This document shows, piece after piece, positions 1 to 13,098 of a stretch of DNA of 44,049 bases. Below the pieces are notes generated by a model that saw only the letters and a program-made list of their open reading frames with translations, was not told where the DNA came from and searched no databases. The DNA lies in assembly GCA_964016885.1 (NCBI GenBank), contig CAXHJY010000486.1, forward strand, positions 1 to 44,049, in the 5' to 3' direction. The position numbers and the translations under genes are program-made. The DNA is from Eledone cirrhosa (taxonomy: Eukaryota). The first letter of the stretch is position 1; each line of letters begins with the position of its first letter.

Positions 1-1122
1 TCTCAACAACAATTATAGTGAAAGTCTTTTTTTAAAGTCTGACTCGTGCTTTCACACATTGTCTCTCGCCCTCTCTCTCTCTCTCTCTCTCTCATAATGT
101 GTTCTTTTTTTAAAAATAATTGATAAACGTATTCATTATATTATTCATCATTAGCATTATAGTCTTGTAAATTTTTAATCATTTTAGATAAGCCTCAGCT
201 TTATTTTCAAGCGCGTAATGCAAATCTGTGTTATGGCAAGGCTAATCTGAGTTATCAATCTAGAGACAGCCAGTGCATACATAACACCCGTAGCTACTGG
301 AGTAGTGTTACTGAACTTGTAGCTGTGAATTTCCCGTAAGCACAGTGGCGGTCGCTAATGCTAAGAAATGCAGACAACATTCATATCTGGATTCATATCT
401 TCATTTACTAATTAAACAATGCCTATGTGCCTGTTGTGCAAAAAGACTTTCGGTAATGATGCCATGAAACCTGCGAAGAGGAAAGACCACCTCTAACGTG
501 TTCTCTCTGATAAGTAAAACAAAAATCTTGATGTTTATAAGAAGCTCAAAGGAAAATTCAGAAATCAACCAAATTTTAAGATATTTTTAAAAGCATCTGT
601 CAGTGCTGGTAATGATGGAGGCCTGAATACATCATACAGTATCTCCCTTAACATAGCAAGAAAAGATCATAATACCAGCAATTAAAGATGTGATAGAAAA
701 TGTTATGAAGAAATTCTCTCAAAATGTTTCAAAATAGATACCATTAAGTGCAAATATAGTGAAACAACGCAATGATGAGATGACCGATGTTGTAGTGAAA
801 GCTCTGAGATCTGAGTTTCTGTATTGCAAGTTTTCTATTCACCTCGATGAATGAGCTTTTGGCAGTTCAAATATTCTAATGGCCTATAAGAGGTATTATA
901 GTCCAAGCCTAAAGTGCATTGTATATGAGTTCTTGTTTAATAAGTACCTTAAAGGTGATGCAAATGGTGAGACAATTTTTGGATGTTTGGGAGATTATTG
1001 AAGAAACACAATATTCCCAACAGTTTTGCAGGGTATGGTATGCAGTTTCCCATACTGATGTATAATGAAAGCAGTGTTTGATATGTAATTTAAAACACTA
1101 ATTTATATGGAAACTGAACATC

Positions 1123-1305
1123 GTGGATTGGCAGCATCGGTAGAGCGTCAGACACCATGCTTTGCAGCATAGTTATGACCCTTTGCGTTCTGAGCCGAAA
1201 TCCCGCCGAGGTTAACTTTGCCTTTCATCCTTACGAGGTCGATATAATAAATCACAAGTAATGCACTGGGTAATTGCTGGCCGTGTGCCAAAAGTAGAAA
1301 TTATT
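1123..1305 (+). mobile_element. tRNA-derived SINE (family A, short form)
   Basis: A-box-like TGGCAGCATCGG, degenerate B box, core TTTGCCTTTCATCCTTACG.GGTCGATA and tail TTGCTGGCC.TGTGCCAAAAGTAGAAA; repeated throughout the window. Confidence 0.9.
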
Positions 1306-1311
1306 AATTTA

Positions 1312-1503
1312 GGGCGGTGGATTGGCAGTATCGTTAGCGCGTCAGACACCCTGCTTCAGAGCATTGGAATTATGGCACTTTACGTTCTGAGTTCAAATCC
1401 CGCCAAGGTTAGCTTTGCCTTTCTTCCTTACGGGGTCGATAAATAAAGTACCAGTAATGCACTGGAGTAGTTGCTGGCCTTGTGCCAAAAATAGAAACAA
1501 TTA
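1312..1503 (+). mobile_element. tRNA-derived SINE (family A, full length, short form)
   Basis: Starts GGGCGGTGGATTGGCAG; B box GAGTTCAAATCCC; flanked by TTATTAATTTA / TTATCAATTTA (probable TSD). Confidence 0.92.
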
Positions 1504-3352
1504 TCAATTTATGTTTTGCATATGCCTGGGGTCGATGAGGGATCCAGAATTCCATAAAGAGATCGATGGTTTATAAAGTTTGGGGACATCTGATTTAAAA
1601 CTGTAACTTCTATCTACGGTTACTATTTTGGTTATACATTACAAGACAATTTTTATTTTAACTGTTGTTAGTTATTTAATTATTTTCATGCTCGATATTT
1701 TTCCTAGTAAATTTTAATTAATGTTAATACTGGTCAAAATAATTATTTGTAAATGTATATATGATAATCATTTTTCAATATAGTAAATTATGTACTGGAA
1801 TAGTGACATTCTTCTGAAGATTCCAAATCCCTCAAATCCATAAATCTAATGTATTATAGGAATTGTGCATATTAGTCTAGTCTATTCTTTTTCATTTGTG
1901 AAATAGAAGATTTCGATAGCCTTATTAAACTGCTGAGTGTGTATAATATCATGATAATATATTTGTTGATGATAATACAAAATAAATATTGTGCAAAGAG
2001 GACAATGGTTGCTAATTTTCAGTAAAATAGGATATCTGATAATGTGTAAATTTCATAAAATAGAACCTTCCAGTCTCAATAGAATATAGAATTCGATTTC
2101 AGTATGTAATCAAATGCTGGTTCAATAAACATTTACATATTTAATCATAATTTCTTCACGCAGCGTAATGTCTTTCTGTAATTACTATAACATTAACTTA
2201 TATATTCATAAAATCATGGAGTAATGTTCCTCTTTCTCTCATACATTAACGGCAAAGTAAAGTGGCGGCAACTAGCATTTAAAACCTAATCATAAACTTA
2301 GCACGTCAGGATATGTCTTTCTTTATGGTGGTGGCATTCTCTATTCTATTCAGATACATTAAAATATTTACAATTGTACATTTAGATACTTTAAATATAC
2401 AAGAAGAATCGCCTCAAGTGATGTGCTATTACACCAATATTAGATGTGCTATTATGTACCAATATAAGTATACTTCTCTGTTTATGGTTCTGTGCACCTC
2501 AAGTATATTTCTGTTCTATTTGACTGTATAATAGTAGCATAGTTTCTTTAATGACCCCAAGTTATTAATCTTATGAATTGTTTCTATTTTACTCTCTTCT
2601 TCTACAAACTAACTATTATAAAGTCAGATAACCTTTACTTATCCCTAATTATAGACTCTGTTCCTTTCTTAATACTCTGTGTTACATTATTTCCATTCTA
2701 TATTAGCATTTAATTCTGTTTCTCCTACTCGTATAATTTTTAACAACGTTTAGAGCTATATTCTTATATAATCAGCAACTATGTAATGATTATATATATA
2801 CAGTATGAATATTCTTTTACTGTTTAGTCAGAGAGGAAACGACAGCATCAGTAGCCCTTTACAGAGCCTCCGAGACTAATGTGAGAAAAGAAAGTGTCTC
2901 TAAACCGAAAACAAATGTTTGAGTCTGAGTGTGATCCGTTAAAGGAATCGGAAGGGCTAAGTGGTAGTGTTAAATTGGGTGATGGATTAAGTTTACCACT
3001 CATGCTCAATACAAATTGAATGACTTGTGTTGAAGTATCGAAAACCGAAAATTCGACTGAGAGATACTTTATATGATTACTTGACATCCCACAACTAAGA
3101 GTTAAATACCTCTCAAATAGCTCCATAATGCTTTAAAAAACGATCAGATTAAATAGACTACAAAAGTAACATTAATAATACATTCCTCAGCTCATGATTT
3201 TAGGGCTAATAACAGCTCTATTCTTCTCTCCTAAAAAGATGGAATGATTACAGCTCGAATCTCTTTGATCATGTGTCGGCTCTAGCAAAGCTGACTTGAA
3301 TTTAACAGTAGCAGCAACAACAACAACGACCACGACATTGACGACAACGGTG

Positions 3353-3398
<46 letters not shown>
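3353..3398. repeat. (ACT)n microsatellite
   Basis: Direct reading; explains the poly-T and poly-V ORFs. Confidence 0.95.
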
Positions 3399-3534
3399 GA
3401 GCATTTAGCACGTCGATAACAGTTTCCAAGGCCTCTGTTATTATCTCGGTAACAAAATGGTTGGGATTAAATTCTGTTCTAAATAATCGCTCTATTAAAT
3501 GTTTGAAATTTGAACATCCTGACATTAGTATTCA

Positions 3535-6500
3535 CTAGCTGACGTGCCCAGCTTCGCCCGGATAAACAGATGATAAGAGAAGACAGGTAAAAGAAAAAAT
3601 TACTGTATTAGATGTTTGTCTGGTTACAGTATGAGGCGAGTCCGTGGTGTCTGTGTGATAGAAAAAACAGTAAAAAAAATCTTCCAGATATAGCAGCTGT
3701 CTGAAATCGCCACCAAGAACGATAGACTTACCACCGAATGGCAGGTCACTACCGCAGATATCTCTCAAAGTTCTGTCCAATGGCTCCAGCAAATATCTGT
3801 GTGCCATTGGAGCCTCGTCCCAAATAATCAAAGACGTATTGCATATAAGGCCGCGAGTTCACTCAACTCATCCGGAGCCAATGGGGCCTTGAAACATGAG
3901 TGAAAGGTCCTTCCACCACTCAGCAAAGTGGCAGTGATCCCACTGGTGGCCACATGGAGAGAATTCTTCCTCTGAGCTCTGACTGCCGATAACATAGTGT
4001 TGAAACAGAATGTCTTTCCGGTGCCTCCTGGAGCATCTATGAAAACACAAATTGCTCATTAGTGGAAATCGAGTGGAAAACGCCATCGACCAATTCTCTC
4101 TGAGATTCGGTCAACATTTGCATACTTTCATCCACAATACGTTGCTGTTCCAGTGGATCAAACTGGAATAGTTCCCTCCGATCGAGTGGCACTGTCTAAG
4201 CTGCAATCTCATGTTCAATGCTAAGACACGTTGCCGCATTTCTTCATCAGGAATTGGCAAATTGAAATCTCTTAAACATTTGAAATGAACTTCAAGCAGT
4301 TGCTCAATATTGAGCAAAACAATAGCTTTCATCAAATTTTCATCATCGACCTGAAGATGATGCCTAAAATCATCAGCCATAATTCCCCAATGGCGTTCAA
4401 ATAACTCTCTTCGATCGGCAGGATTGCAGAATCCTAGAATCGTGACAAACAACTGCCTTATTTGAGCTGGCATCTGTGTTGTTCCTGTAGCTTCCATGGC
4501 GTTATTCCATTCAGCGTCATCCTGATGCTGATACACAGCCTGGTATGTTTCATATTCCACGCCATTGATTGTTTTCAAATCAGCGAAGCTCTGTTTACCT
4601 CTCGAAAAATCATTATGCAACAGAATTCGGAGATAAAACACATCACTAGATGCTGGATGGACATTACAAACCCGTCCAATAGTCATGAATCTCAACTTTT
4701 GTTTTCTATCATTCCATTTCTTTCCATTCTTATCCCACGTATAGTGCGAAGGAAAATCGCCTTTGATCCGGGTTCAAAGCATGTTCCCTATTATGCTTGA
4801 ACCACTCAGTCAATTCCGTCTTAGGGGGTGGTGCGTTAGCAATTCTTTCGACACCTCTTCTAGTGTCCTGAAAACAGACCATTTGCCTATTCTCTAAGTG
4901 AACCGTCAGTTTCTGAACGCTGGGTTTGCGTTCATTGAGGTCAAAATCGAACAATCTCCAGCAAGCTTCGCTAGATCCAATCGAGCGAACATCCTGGAAC
5001 CTGCCAACTTCATCTCCTTGGTTCACTTCCTCATTCCTGACATTGATCATTGCCCGATCATGACCTTTGTAAACATATTTGCAAGCTTTCACTAAGCTAC
5101 AAATTTCCACATTAATGACAACGATATTTCATAATCAAATATGGATTGTATGGTACAATCCATTGATTTGTAACCTCTCGACCGTTTACATTTTCGACCA
5201 AACCGCCATCTGCAGGCGACCGTCTTCTGTATGAGGGATGAGCATCCCCATCGTTCCAGGTAGTGTTCGGGACAAAAGATTTCGGAAAGTGCTTACTGCA
5301 TTGGCCATTTTTCATGCAAGGCGCTTTCCGATTTGCCACTCCGCATTGGTTGTGCACCATTGACTTTGCCACCAAGTTGCGTAGTGCCTCATTCTCCGGC
5401 AGTTCAGCACACACAACGCTGTCGTCATCCTCAGCACATCTCAATTTGAAATCTCTATATAAAATGATCAGCAAATGTGCATGTGGCAATCCTCTTTTTT
5501 GGAATTCAATTACGTATGTAAAAGTAACTATACCTCCAAAGATTCCCTCTTTTTCCACATCATCCATTATCTTTTTCAGATATCCTTTGAATACTCTTGC
5601 CACAATATCAGGACGGTCCTTTGGCTGTTGTCCTGGAAAAAGTGCATCCTTAATCATCGTTCAGGATTGCATGTAACCGTTATAAACAAATATGGCTTTC
5701 CAAACTTTCTGACAACAGCCATCGCATCCTGATAGCGAATGTTCATATATCTCGGGCCGCTGATGAACGACGATGGCAAAATGATGCGTCGACCAATTTG
5801 CTTGTAATTGGCATCACCGGCTGTTATAACATCCTGTATATTATTATACAATTCAGCTTTGATATGTGGCTGATGTGTAGCTATATAATTTAGTCTTTGA
5901 TTTTCGATCTTTGCGAATGCCATACAACAGTATTCCTGGAACAATCTGCTGGCTTGAAATAGCGCATTTCTCTGTTGATTGCTTTCGTTCAAATGGAACG
6001 CGTAAAAGTCGCGAATCGAATTATTGTGTCTATTGATGCTGATTCTCATGATCATCTAAATGAACAGACATGTTCCATCCATTTTCACCTTTTGGGTATA
6101 AAAGAACATAATGCAATGGATCGTATGCCCTATTTGATAGTCTTGAGACCACCATCTCTGCGATTGAGGACGATATCTCTCGATCCAGGCTTATCGTCCA
6201 TCAACATAGCAACTTCACAAAATCCTTCAGGGGCATTATATCGCCGTTCGTGTTGATTCCTTGGCATTGCGTCAGCCTTAATCACCAATGTTTGCTGCTG
6301 AACATTTTGCAGTTCAGCCACCAACATGAAATCCATAACATAAGGATTAGACTGTCTAAGCCATGATTGCAAATCACGGATCAAATCACTTAACCTTTGC
6401 CGTTCAAGTTCAGTTATATTTCCCCGCAACTTCATCCAAGCGATCCTGATATCCTCCTCCGATTTACTATAATCTGGATCGTTAACGTAAATTTGAGCGA

Positions 6501-7399
6501 ATCGAGGCCTCTCTCCTGGGGTAACTTCTAAATTACGGATACAATGATACAAACGGCCTTGAATGACTACATTCGGTTGCCATGCTCGACTCTCAACATC
6601 TCACTAACTCTCTGCGATGCTAAAGCTAATGAATTGTTAATTTGCCGTGAATATTTGCGTAGTAATCTACCTCGGTTTCCTTGATCACTCCACATACTTA
6701 GTATTTTAAACTCCGGTGACTCCTCATCATCCGGCATTCGCAAGGGTTCTAGTTGAACTGCTCCTTTATGACAGCACATTGTGGTCCACGTCTTTTCGTG
6801 CCTCTAAAGCAATGCTCCACAATGTGGACACTCTGCTCGTCCACCAATCTGAAAATGACACGGTTGCCGTGATCCATTTTTAATATCATCCGTTCGCCTT
6901 CTAGCCTCTTTATCCATCGCAGCACGCCGTTGCTGCTGAATTCCGGCCATCTGCTAATGATGCTCAGCCAGTTCGTCTTCAACCATTGCAGCACGCCGTC
7001 GCTGCTTGGCTTCAGTGTTTCGTTGGCGTTGTTAAGCCAGCTCCTCTTCCTTCATGGCGGCACGTCTTCGCCTCTGAAGTTTGGCGTTCCGATGGCGCTG
7101 TTCGGCCCATTTTTCATCATTCCTGGCTGCACGCCGTCGCCGCTGTAGTTCACTGTTTGATAAAGTCGAATTGCTTTTACTTTCTGTGGAACGTTGCACG
7201 CACGCACACATGGTAATAGTTACAGCGCTCACTTTGCCTCTCTGTTTCTTACTCTCCCCCCTTACTCCCACATTGGCATTATGCATATTAATTTAAGCTT
7301 GGCGTCGTTGAGGTGGGCGGAGTCGTTTGAAACCTATGAACCAATGATAATCGAGAATTATGACACGGAATAATGACATTGTTGAAATTAATATATAGA
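3535..7399 (-). mobile_element. Helitron, decayed autonomous-type copy with both termini
   Basis: On the minus strand it begins TCTATATATT (7399) and ends ATCCGGGCGAAGCTGGGCACGTCAGCTAG (3535), a subterminal hairpin plus CTAG, followed by T. It carries RepHel coding remnants. Confidence 0.96.
3692..7211 (-). pseudogene. Helitron Rep/PIF1-helicase (RepHel) pseudogene, frameshifted, helicase C-terminal half deleted
   Basis: ORF pieces: basic N-terminal RRRRAA repeats, CCHKG, LPSSFISGPRYM..YQDAMAVVRKFGKPYLFITVTCNP (Rep motif 1), VIEFQKRGLPHAH (HUH), KYVYKG, Walker A DAPGGTGKTF (about 4010-4040), [27 protein letters not shown] and LGGDFRQLL, then an abrupt jump to the terminal segment. Confidence 0.95.
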
Positions 7400-8295
7400 C
7401 TAGCTGACGTACCCAGCTTCGCCCGGGTAAACAGATGATAAGAGAAGACAGGTAAAAGAGAAAATGACTGTATTGGATGTGTGTCTGGTTACAGTGTGAG
7501 GCGAGTCCGTGGTGTCTGTGCGATACAAAAAACAATTTAAAAAATCTTCCAGATATACGAGATTCTTCGTTGTACCGTTTGTGCATAGTATATGAACAAT
7601 TCTAGGTGGTCTCACCTAGAATAGTGACCTCTAGGAGATGGTTCATCTTCTACCTGACTGAAAAACGTGTATCATTGCATAGATGTGGTTGTTCCACGGT
7701 TCTCAAAAGGATGATGGAAGTTCCAATCTTTTATATTATATGTAGATATAGATATAGATAATTAATATAAAAGATGTCCGTCAATGTAAAAAGATGGTCC
7801 CTATTTACTCCCTTCACAACTCAGTGTATGTTAGAATGACAGACAGGCACACAGACAGATAAACTGCGTGGCGATTGTGGGATGCTGCACGTACACACAC
7901 ATACACGCATGGAAACGCACACACGCACGCAAACTTACACACACGCACACACTCACACATGTTGATAGTTTTTACTTTCTGTGGAACGCTGCACGCACGC
8001 ACACACACATAAACATACACGCACGTACATAGACACGCACACATGTTAATAGTTATTTCTTTCCTTCCCATCTTATTTCCACACATATCACACACACACA
8101 CATGTCTCTACACTGACATATATACATAGTGTTTACTTTGCCTCTCTCTCCCCTCTCACTCCCTCATTGTCATTATGCATATTAATTTAAGTTTGGCGTC
8201 GTTGAGGTGGGCGGAGTTGTTTGAAACCTATGAACCAATGATAATCGAGAATTATGACACACGGAATAATGACATTGTTGAAATTATTATATAGA
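7400..8295 (-). mobile_element. Non-autonomous Helitron of the same family, fused head-to-tail to the large copy
   Basis: Starts A|TCTATATAAT at 8295 and ends ACCCGGGCGAAGCTGGGTACGTCAGCTAG at 7400. 7400-7556 matches 3535-3691 and 8165-8295 matches 7271-7399. Internal PIF1 C-terminal remnants (KIGTSIILLRTVEQPHLCNDTR; GTTKNLVYLEDF). Confidence 0.93.
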
Positions 8296-8619
8296 TTGTG
8301 TATGACATGTTGTGTAAATGTTTGCAATATTCTCTGTTTGTCATTCTGCTGAAAATACACACTAACATCCGTAATATGAAAGTGACTCCAACAAATAGTG
8401 CAAAAGAAAACAAATTTCTAAAAATACAATAGATATTTATGCAGTAAAGAGTTTAGCTTAGAATACCGTTTTTTCGATACTTGTCAATTGTACAGTGTAC
8501 TGTTAACTCGGCCCGAAATACAAACATCAGATAAATTATTATTTTGGAGTGAGTTAACAATACACCGAACAAATGAAAAACATTGAAAAACTCTATTCTA
8601 ACCTAAACTCTATTCTAAC

Positions 8620-10200
8620 CACGACGAATCTGGCAGGTCTAACTTGGCCTTCAAGATAAACTGGGAAGCGCTGGCTGATGAGAAGATCAAGATAAGATAT
8701 GGACGTATTATTGCATCCAAACGGATTGGAGATTTTCAGCTTAGTAGTTTCTACTTCAGCTGTTAAATCGTGCAAGCGAAAGTGGATTGGTGTGACGCCG
8801 AGAAGCATGAGACACCCTGTACACTCAAGAGATTAACAATGTAGGAGATTAACGAGTAAAGAAGGAAGTTTACAAAACATTGCTTAGAAATAAGTCTTCT
8901 TTCTTGCGCTTGCGGTACAAACAGTCACGAAAAGTCGCAGCAGAGGCAGTAACGGCATACAAGGTTACGACATGGGATGACATTAGGGTTAAGCTGGAAT
9001 GCAACTTTAGATAAACAAATGAAGTATTCTAGAAGACCATCCACCGACTTCGTCATAAGAAGTCCCTCTCCACGCCTACTATCAGGAATTCGTCTGGGTT
9101 CATCTCCGAATAGATATGCATCCTCATGAGGTGGAGAGAATACTTTGCCGATCTCATAAATCCGATCACAACGATGTATGATGTACATGAGACACATCTA
9201 GGGGAAAAGACTAACCTCTCAGAGACTGAGATCACCAGAGCAATAAAAGCGCTCAAATGTGGCAAGACTTCTGGGAAGGAAGAAATTCGGCCCGAAATTT
9301 TAAAAGCCTTTCATCGAGAAGGTATATTCTGGCTGACTCGTGTATGCAGGATAACCAAGATATCTGGAAAGGTACCAAATCAATGACAATCGGGAGTGAT
9401 AATCCAAATTTTAAAAGAGAAGCAAGACAGATTCCTCTAATTGTACAGGAATCTCCTTGTTAAGCCTCTACGGCATTTACTCTAAGGCAGGCCTTTGTGA
9501 TACGTTGGAAGTATTGCCAAAGGTGTATACGTGTTTCATGGACCGCGAAAAGGCATACAACCGCATACCACGAGACTTGATGTTGAAGGTTCTGCAAGAT
9601 TATGGGCTCGATAGTCAGCTTTTTGTTGCCTTGAAGTCCCTTTACGAATGCATTGTTATTTGTGTTAAGATAAATGGTGCTCTCGAAATCATTCAATGTG
9701 GGTATCAGACTTTGATAAGGCTACATATTGTCTCCTTTCCTGTTCATAATGGACATGAAAGGGATTGAAACGCGCAGCCGTGCTGGAAGTGATATTAAGA
9801 CTGGTGAATGTAGGATCAGTCGACTGGAATTTGCAGATGACATGTTATTACTTAACTCGTCAGAAGGGCATCTCCGACACGCACTGTATAGGTTTGTTAC
9901 CGAGTACCGCGCGTATCTGGAAGCCCTTTTCACCCGCGAGGAAAAGCAGGATGCTGAATTAAATACAAGAATTGCTGAAGCTCATGCAGTAATGTGCCAG
10001 CTCCAGCATTTGATCCTCAGGTGGGGCAAAAGCTAAACTCTTTATCTTCAGTTTGATGTTCGTGCCTATCCTTACCTATAGTCATGTATCTTGGGTAATG
10101 ACCGAAAGAATACGATCGCGAAGTCGTACCGGATAGAGACGCTACCTCTCAGCATTAAGGGATGACAGTGACGGTATAATGGACTCATGGTTACACTGTC
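8620..10200 (+). mobile_element. Decayed non-LTR retrotransposon, RTE clade (Expander/REX3-like) RT region
   Basis: RWREYFADLINP, LKCGKTSGKEEIRPEILKA..GIFWLTRVC, VYTCFMDREKAYNRIPR, LSPFLFIMDM and RLEFADDMLLL, with many frameshifts and deletions. Ends are approximate. Confidence 0.88.
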
Positions 10201-10290
10201 TATGGAAAGAATCTCATGACCCTTGAATTGTTAAATTTCTGATATTTCTATTATTTTCTAGTTTGGCTAAACATACTTGTTTACATTATT

Positions 10291-10820
10291 ATTGGCAGTA
10301 TCGGTAGAGAGTCGGACCCATGCTTTGAAGCATAGAGTTACCGTCCTTTACGGTCTGAGTTCAAATCCCGCCGAGGTTAGCTTTGCCTTTCAACCTTACG
10401 GGGTCGATAAAATAAAGTACCAGTCACGTACTGGGGTCGATTTAATTGACTTTCCCCTCCCCCAAAATTGCTGGCCTGTGCCTATATAAGAAACCATAAA
10501 TCCCGCCGAGGTTGACTTTGCCTTTCATCCTTACGGGGTCGATAAAATAAAGTACCAGTAATGCACTGGGTAATTGCTGGCCTTGTGCCTAAAGTAGAGA
10601 CAATTATTTTATTTCATTGAGGTTAATTGGCAAAATCGTTACAGCGCCTAACAAATGCTTTGAAATATTTGTTACCCCGAGTTCAAATCCTGCCAAGTTC
10701 AACTTTGTCTTCCGTCTTTCCGGTGTCGATAAACTAAAGTACTAGTAAAGTACTGAAGTCAATATAATCGATTTTCTCCTTCCTCGAAATTGCTGGCCTT
10801 ACGCCAATGTTAGAATGAAT
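10291..10820 (+). mobile_element. Cluster of three family A SINE copies (10291-10497 long form; 10498-10606 5'-truncated short form; about 10625-10820 diverged)
   Basis: Repeated B box, core and tail motifs. Confidence 0.88.
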
Positions 10821-11548
10821 TATTATATTTCATAATCTATTACACACATACAAATACGCACACAAAGAGACGAGTGTGCAAACACACACAGTCACTTACA
10901 CAGTAGTCTGTTATCAGAAAAGTAGATATGAGAGTAACTTTGACATCCCGCTAAAGTAATCAGTTGCAACTGAATAACAAGGAGACATAGACCAAACGCC
11001 TACAGATAGGAAAGTAATTGAAGGGGAAATGATGTGATAAAAAAATGTATTGAAATAATTAACTATTGATGCCTAATCAAAACTACTCCTACATAATCAC
11101 TTCAATATGGTAAAGGTCAATGCATTGATTTTTTCCCTTTATTTGGATGATATTTAACGGAAGAAGTTTTATTGGGGGTTTTTTCAGTATTTTATTTATT
11201 TTTATTGATGGCTGTAGGAAATTCACCTTTTTGTTCTTTGGATTTTTACATTTTTACAGTTATTGAATTACAGATATGTCGAGGCACCACGTGCAAGAAT
11301 TTTAGTAGATCCAAGTCATATTTTATCAATTCCGCACAATGTGTGAATGACAGAGAAAGTGTATTTTGGAGTGCGTGTGTATGTGTGTATAAAATTACTG
11401 ATGCTGAGAGATGTAATTCCAGACCGATACAATACTTTAGTGGGTAAATGTAAATGCATACGGGCAAAGATATGCCCATCAATTCGAATTTCTCATCAAT
11501 GGAAATCTCAAGACGAAAAACAACATGAGACTTTAGACTAGGTGCCTC

Positions 11549-11645
11549 AAGTTTGGCCTGCTAGAAATAACAGTCAAATCCCCTTCCAATCACACTCCGC
11601 CGTCTTAAAAAATATGGGATTTTTATAGCCGAAACGCCTTTGCTT
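11549..11645 (+). mobile_element. Fragment of a second short interspersed repeat (family B)
   Basis: GGCCTGCTAGAAATAACAGTCAAATC..CAATCACAC resembles 15352-15515 (+) and 36432-36598 (-). Confidence 0.55.
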
Positions 11646-11914
11646 TTTCAGAGTTCAATAATCTAATGTTTACTTCGTTAAAGTCATTCAATCAAATCGA
11701 TGCTGAAAACCATAGCAAGACTCTTGTGTATTTCATATACAAAGATATATCGTATATTTTTTCATATACAACCTTATTGTAATTCACGCTACAGAAGCGC
11801 TATTGATAAATATTTCTAGCCAGTCACTATATGCAGATGAGCATCACCAGCTGATGATTCATACGCAAAAATCATATACGCTTTTGTCTATTCTCGTCTC
11901 AGTACCGAGAGAGT

Positions 11915-11963
11915 GAATGTCTCCGATGAAGGATAAAGATCCAGAACCAACAGTCTGACATTC
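11915..11963 (+). ncRNA. Degenerate/variant type I hammerhead motif in a probable PLE terminal repeat
   Basis: Stem I GAATGTC/GACATTC, core CCGATGA, stem II GGAT-AAAG-ATCC, GAAC in place of GAAA, GTC triplet; about 150 bp from a (CA)/(TA)n tract. Confidence 0.5.
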
Positions 11964-12096
11964 TCACCGTTTATTAATACAGCTGTGATATAGTCATAGC
12001 TTTAAACGTTCATACCGAGACGTGTATGTTTATTAAACATCAACATATCGTTTATGCTTTCATATACACGCCTATTATGAAACACGCTACTGTTAA

Positions 12097-12097
12097 T

Positions 12098-12184
<87 letters not shown>

Positions 12185-12247
12185 TATATACATATGCATA
12201 TATATATGTTTACATGTATATGCATGTAAACATATATATGTATATGC

Positions 12248-12318
<71 letters not shown>

Positions 12319-12330
12319 CATATACATATT

Positions 12331-12376
<46 letters not shown>
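12097..12376. repeat. Compound (CA)n/(TA)n microsatellite
   Basis: Direct reading. Confidence 0.95.
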
Positions 12377-12380
<4 letters not shown>

Positions 12381-12519
12381 CAATATATGTGTCCGAAAAT
12401 AAGGGATATAAAACCATCCGAGTGAGGAACATATAAATTACGGATGGAACCGTGTATACAAATTAATTAGAAGAATAAATGAACGTGTACAAACCAGCCA
12501 TTATAACTATGAACACCCG

Positions 12520-12520
<1 letters not shown>

Positions 12521-12605
<85 letters not shown>
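12521..12605. repeat. (TG)n microsatellite
   Basis: Direct reading. Confidence 0.97.
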
Positions 12606-12606
<1 letters not shown>

Positions 12607-12880
12607 AAAAGCCTCTACCTATCTAACATTTATCCAGATAAATTTCAGTATGAGAATATATCGTAATGGAATACCAGTCCCCTTAATGAATTCGAATATT
12701 TGTAACCGACATTCCACTGAATATTTAACCAAGGCAATTTAATTCTAAATTGCTTCAGTGTGCCTATCATTTTGAAATAAAAACAAGCTGATCAGGAAAT
12801 GGTACTGTCGGCAAACTGACGTCCAGATTGAATTTAGGCTTATGGAGACGGTGTTTCTGGTATCAATTTAATACAAAAAA

Positions 12881-13098
12881 GGGGATTGGTTGGCAGAATT
12901 AGTAGAGCGTCGAATAAAATGTTCTTACGTTATTTGTTTTGGCTCTTTAAACTCTGAGTTCAAATCGCCCTAAGACCACTTTTTGCCTTTCATCCTCCCG
13001 AGGTCGATAAAAAATAAAGTATTAATCATGTACAGCGGTTGATTTAATCAACTTTCCGTTTACCCAAATTTTCTAGCCTTGCATCTATATTAAAAATT
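12881..13098 (+). mobile_element. Old diverged family A SINE (long form)
   Basis: TGGCAGAATTAG, CTGAGTTCAAAT and TTGCCTTTCATCCTCCCGAGGTCGATAAAA. Confidence 0.8.

Larger units (their letters stand above)
345..1592 (+). mobile_element. Decayed, internally deleted hAT (Buster/Charlie, ZBED8/SCAND3-like) DNA transposon; right end visible, left end not seen
   Basis: From 419 the sequence reads MPMCLLCKKTFGNDAMKPAKRKDHL* (BED-type finger), then IPLSANIVKQRNDEM, FSIHLDE and GETIF with stops and frameshifts. It ends AAGTTTGGGGACATCTG at 1592 (hAT-like TIR), followed by the 8-mer ATTTAAAA with central TA as in Buster target sites. Two SINEs are nested inside. Confidence 0.8.

Noticed and set aside
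1312-1410. tRNA gene (A and B boxes)
   Set aside because: No cloverleaf; always attached to the SINE core and tail.
2828-3534. Possible host exon (ORFs 2848-3126 and 3187-3525; a Cys-rich frame ending HRCRQCRGRCCCCCYC)
   Set aside because: No recognisable domain; frames depend on a trinucleotide repeat; joining across the excised Helitron gives stops in all three minus frames. RNA-seq would be needed.
4462-7296. Plus-strand ORFs over the Helitron, and antisense ORFs over the PLE and RTE coding regions elsewhere
   Set aside because: Shadows of the real coding strand.
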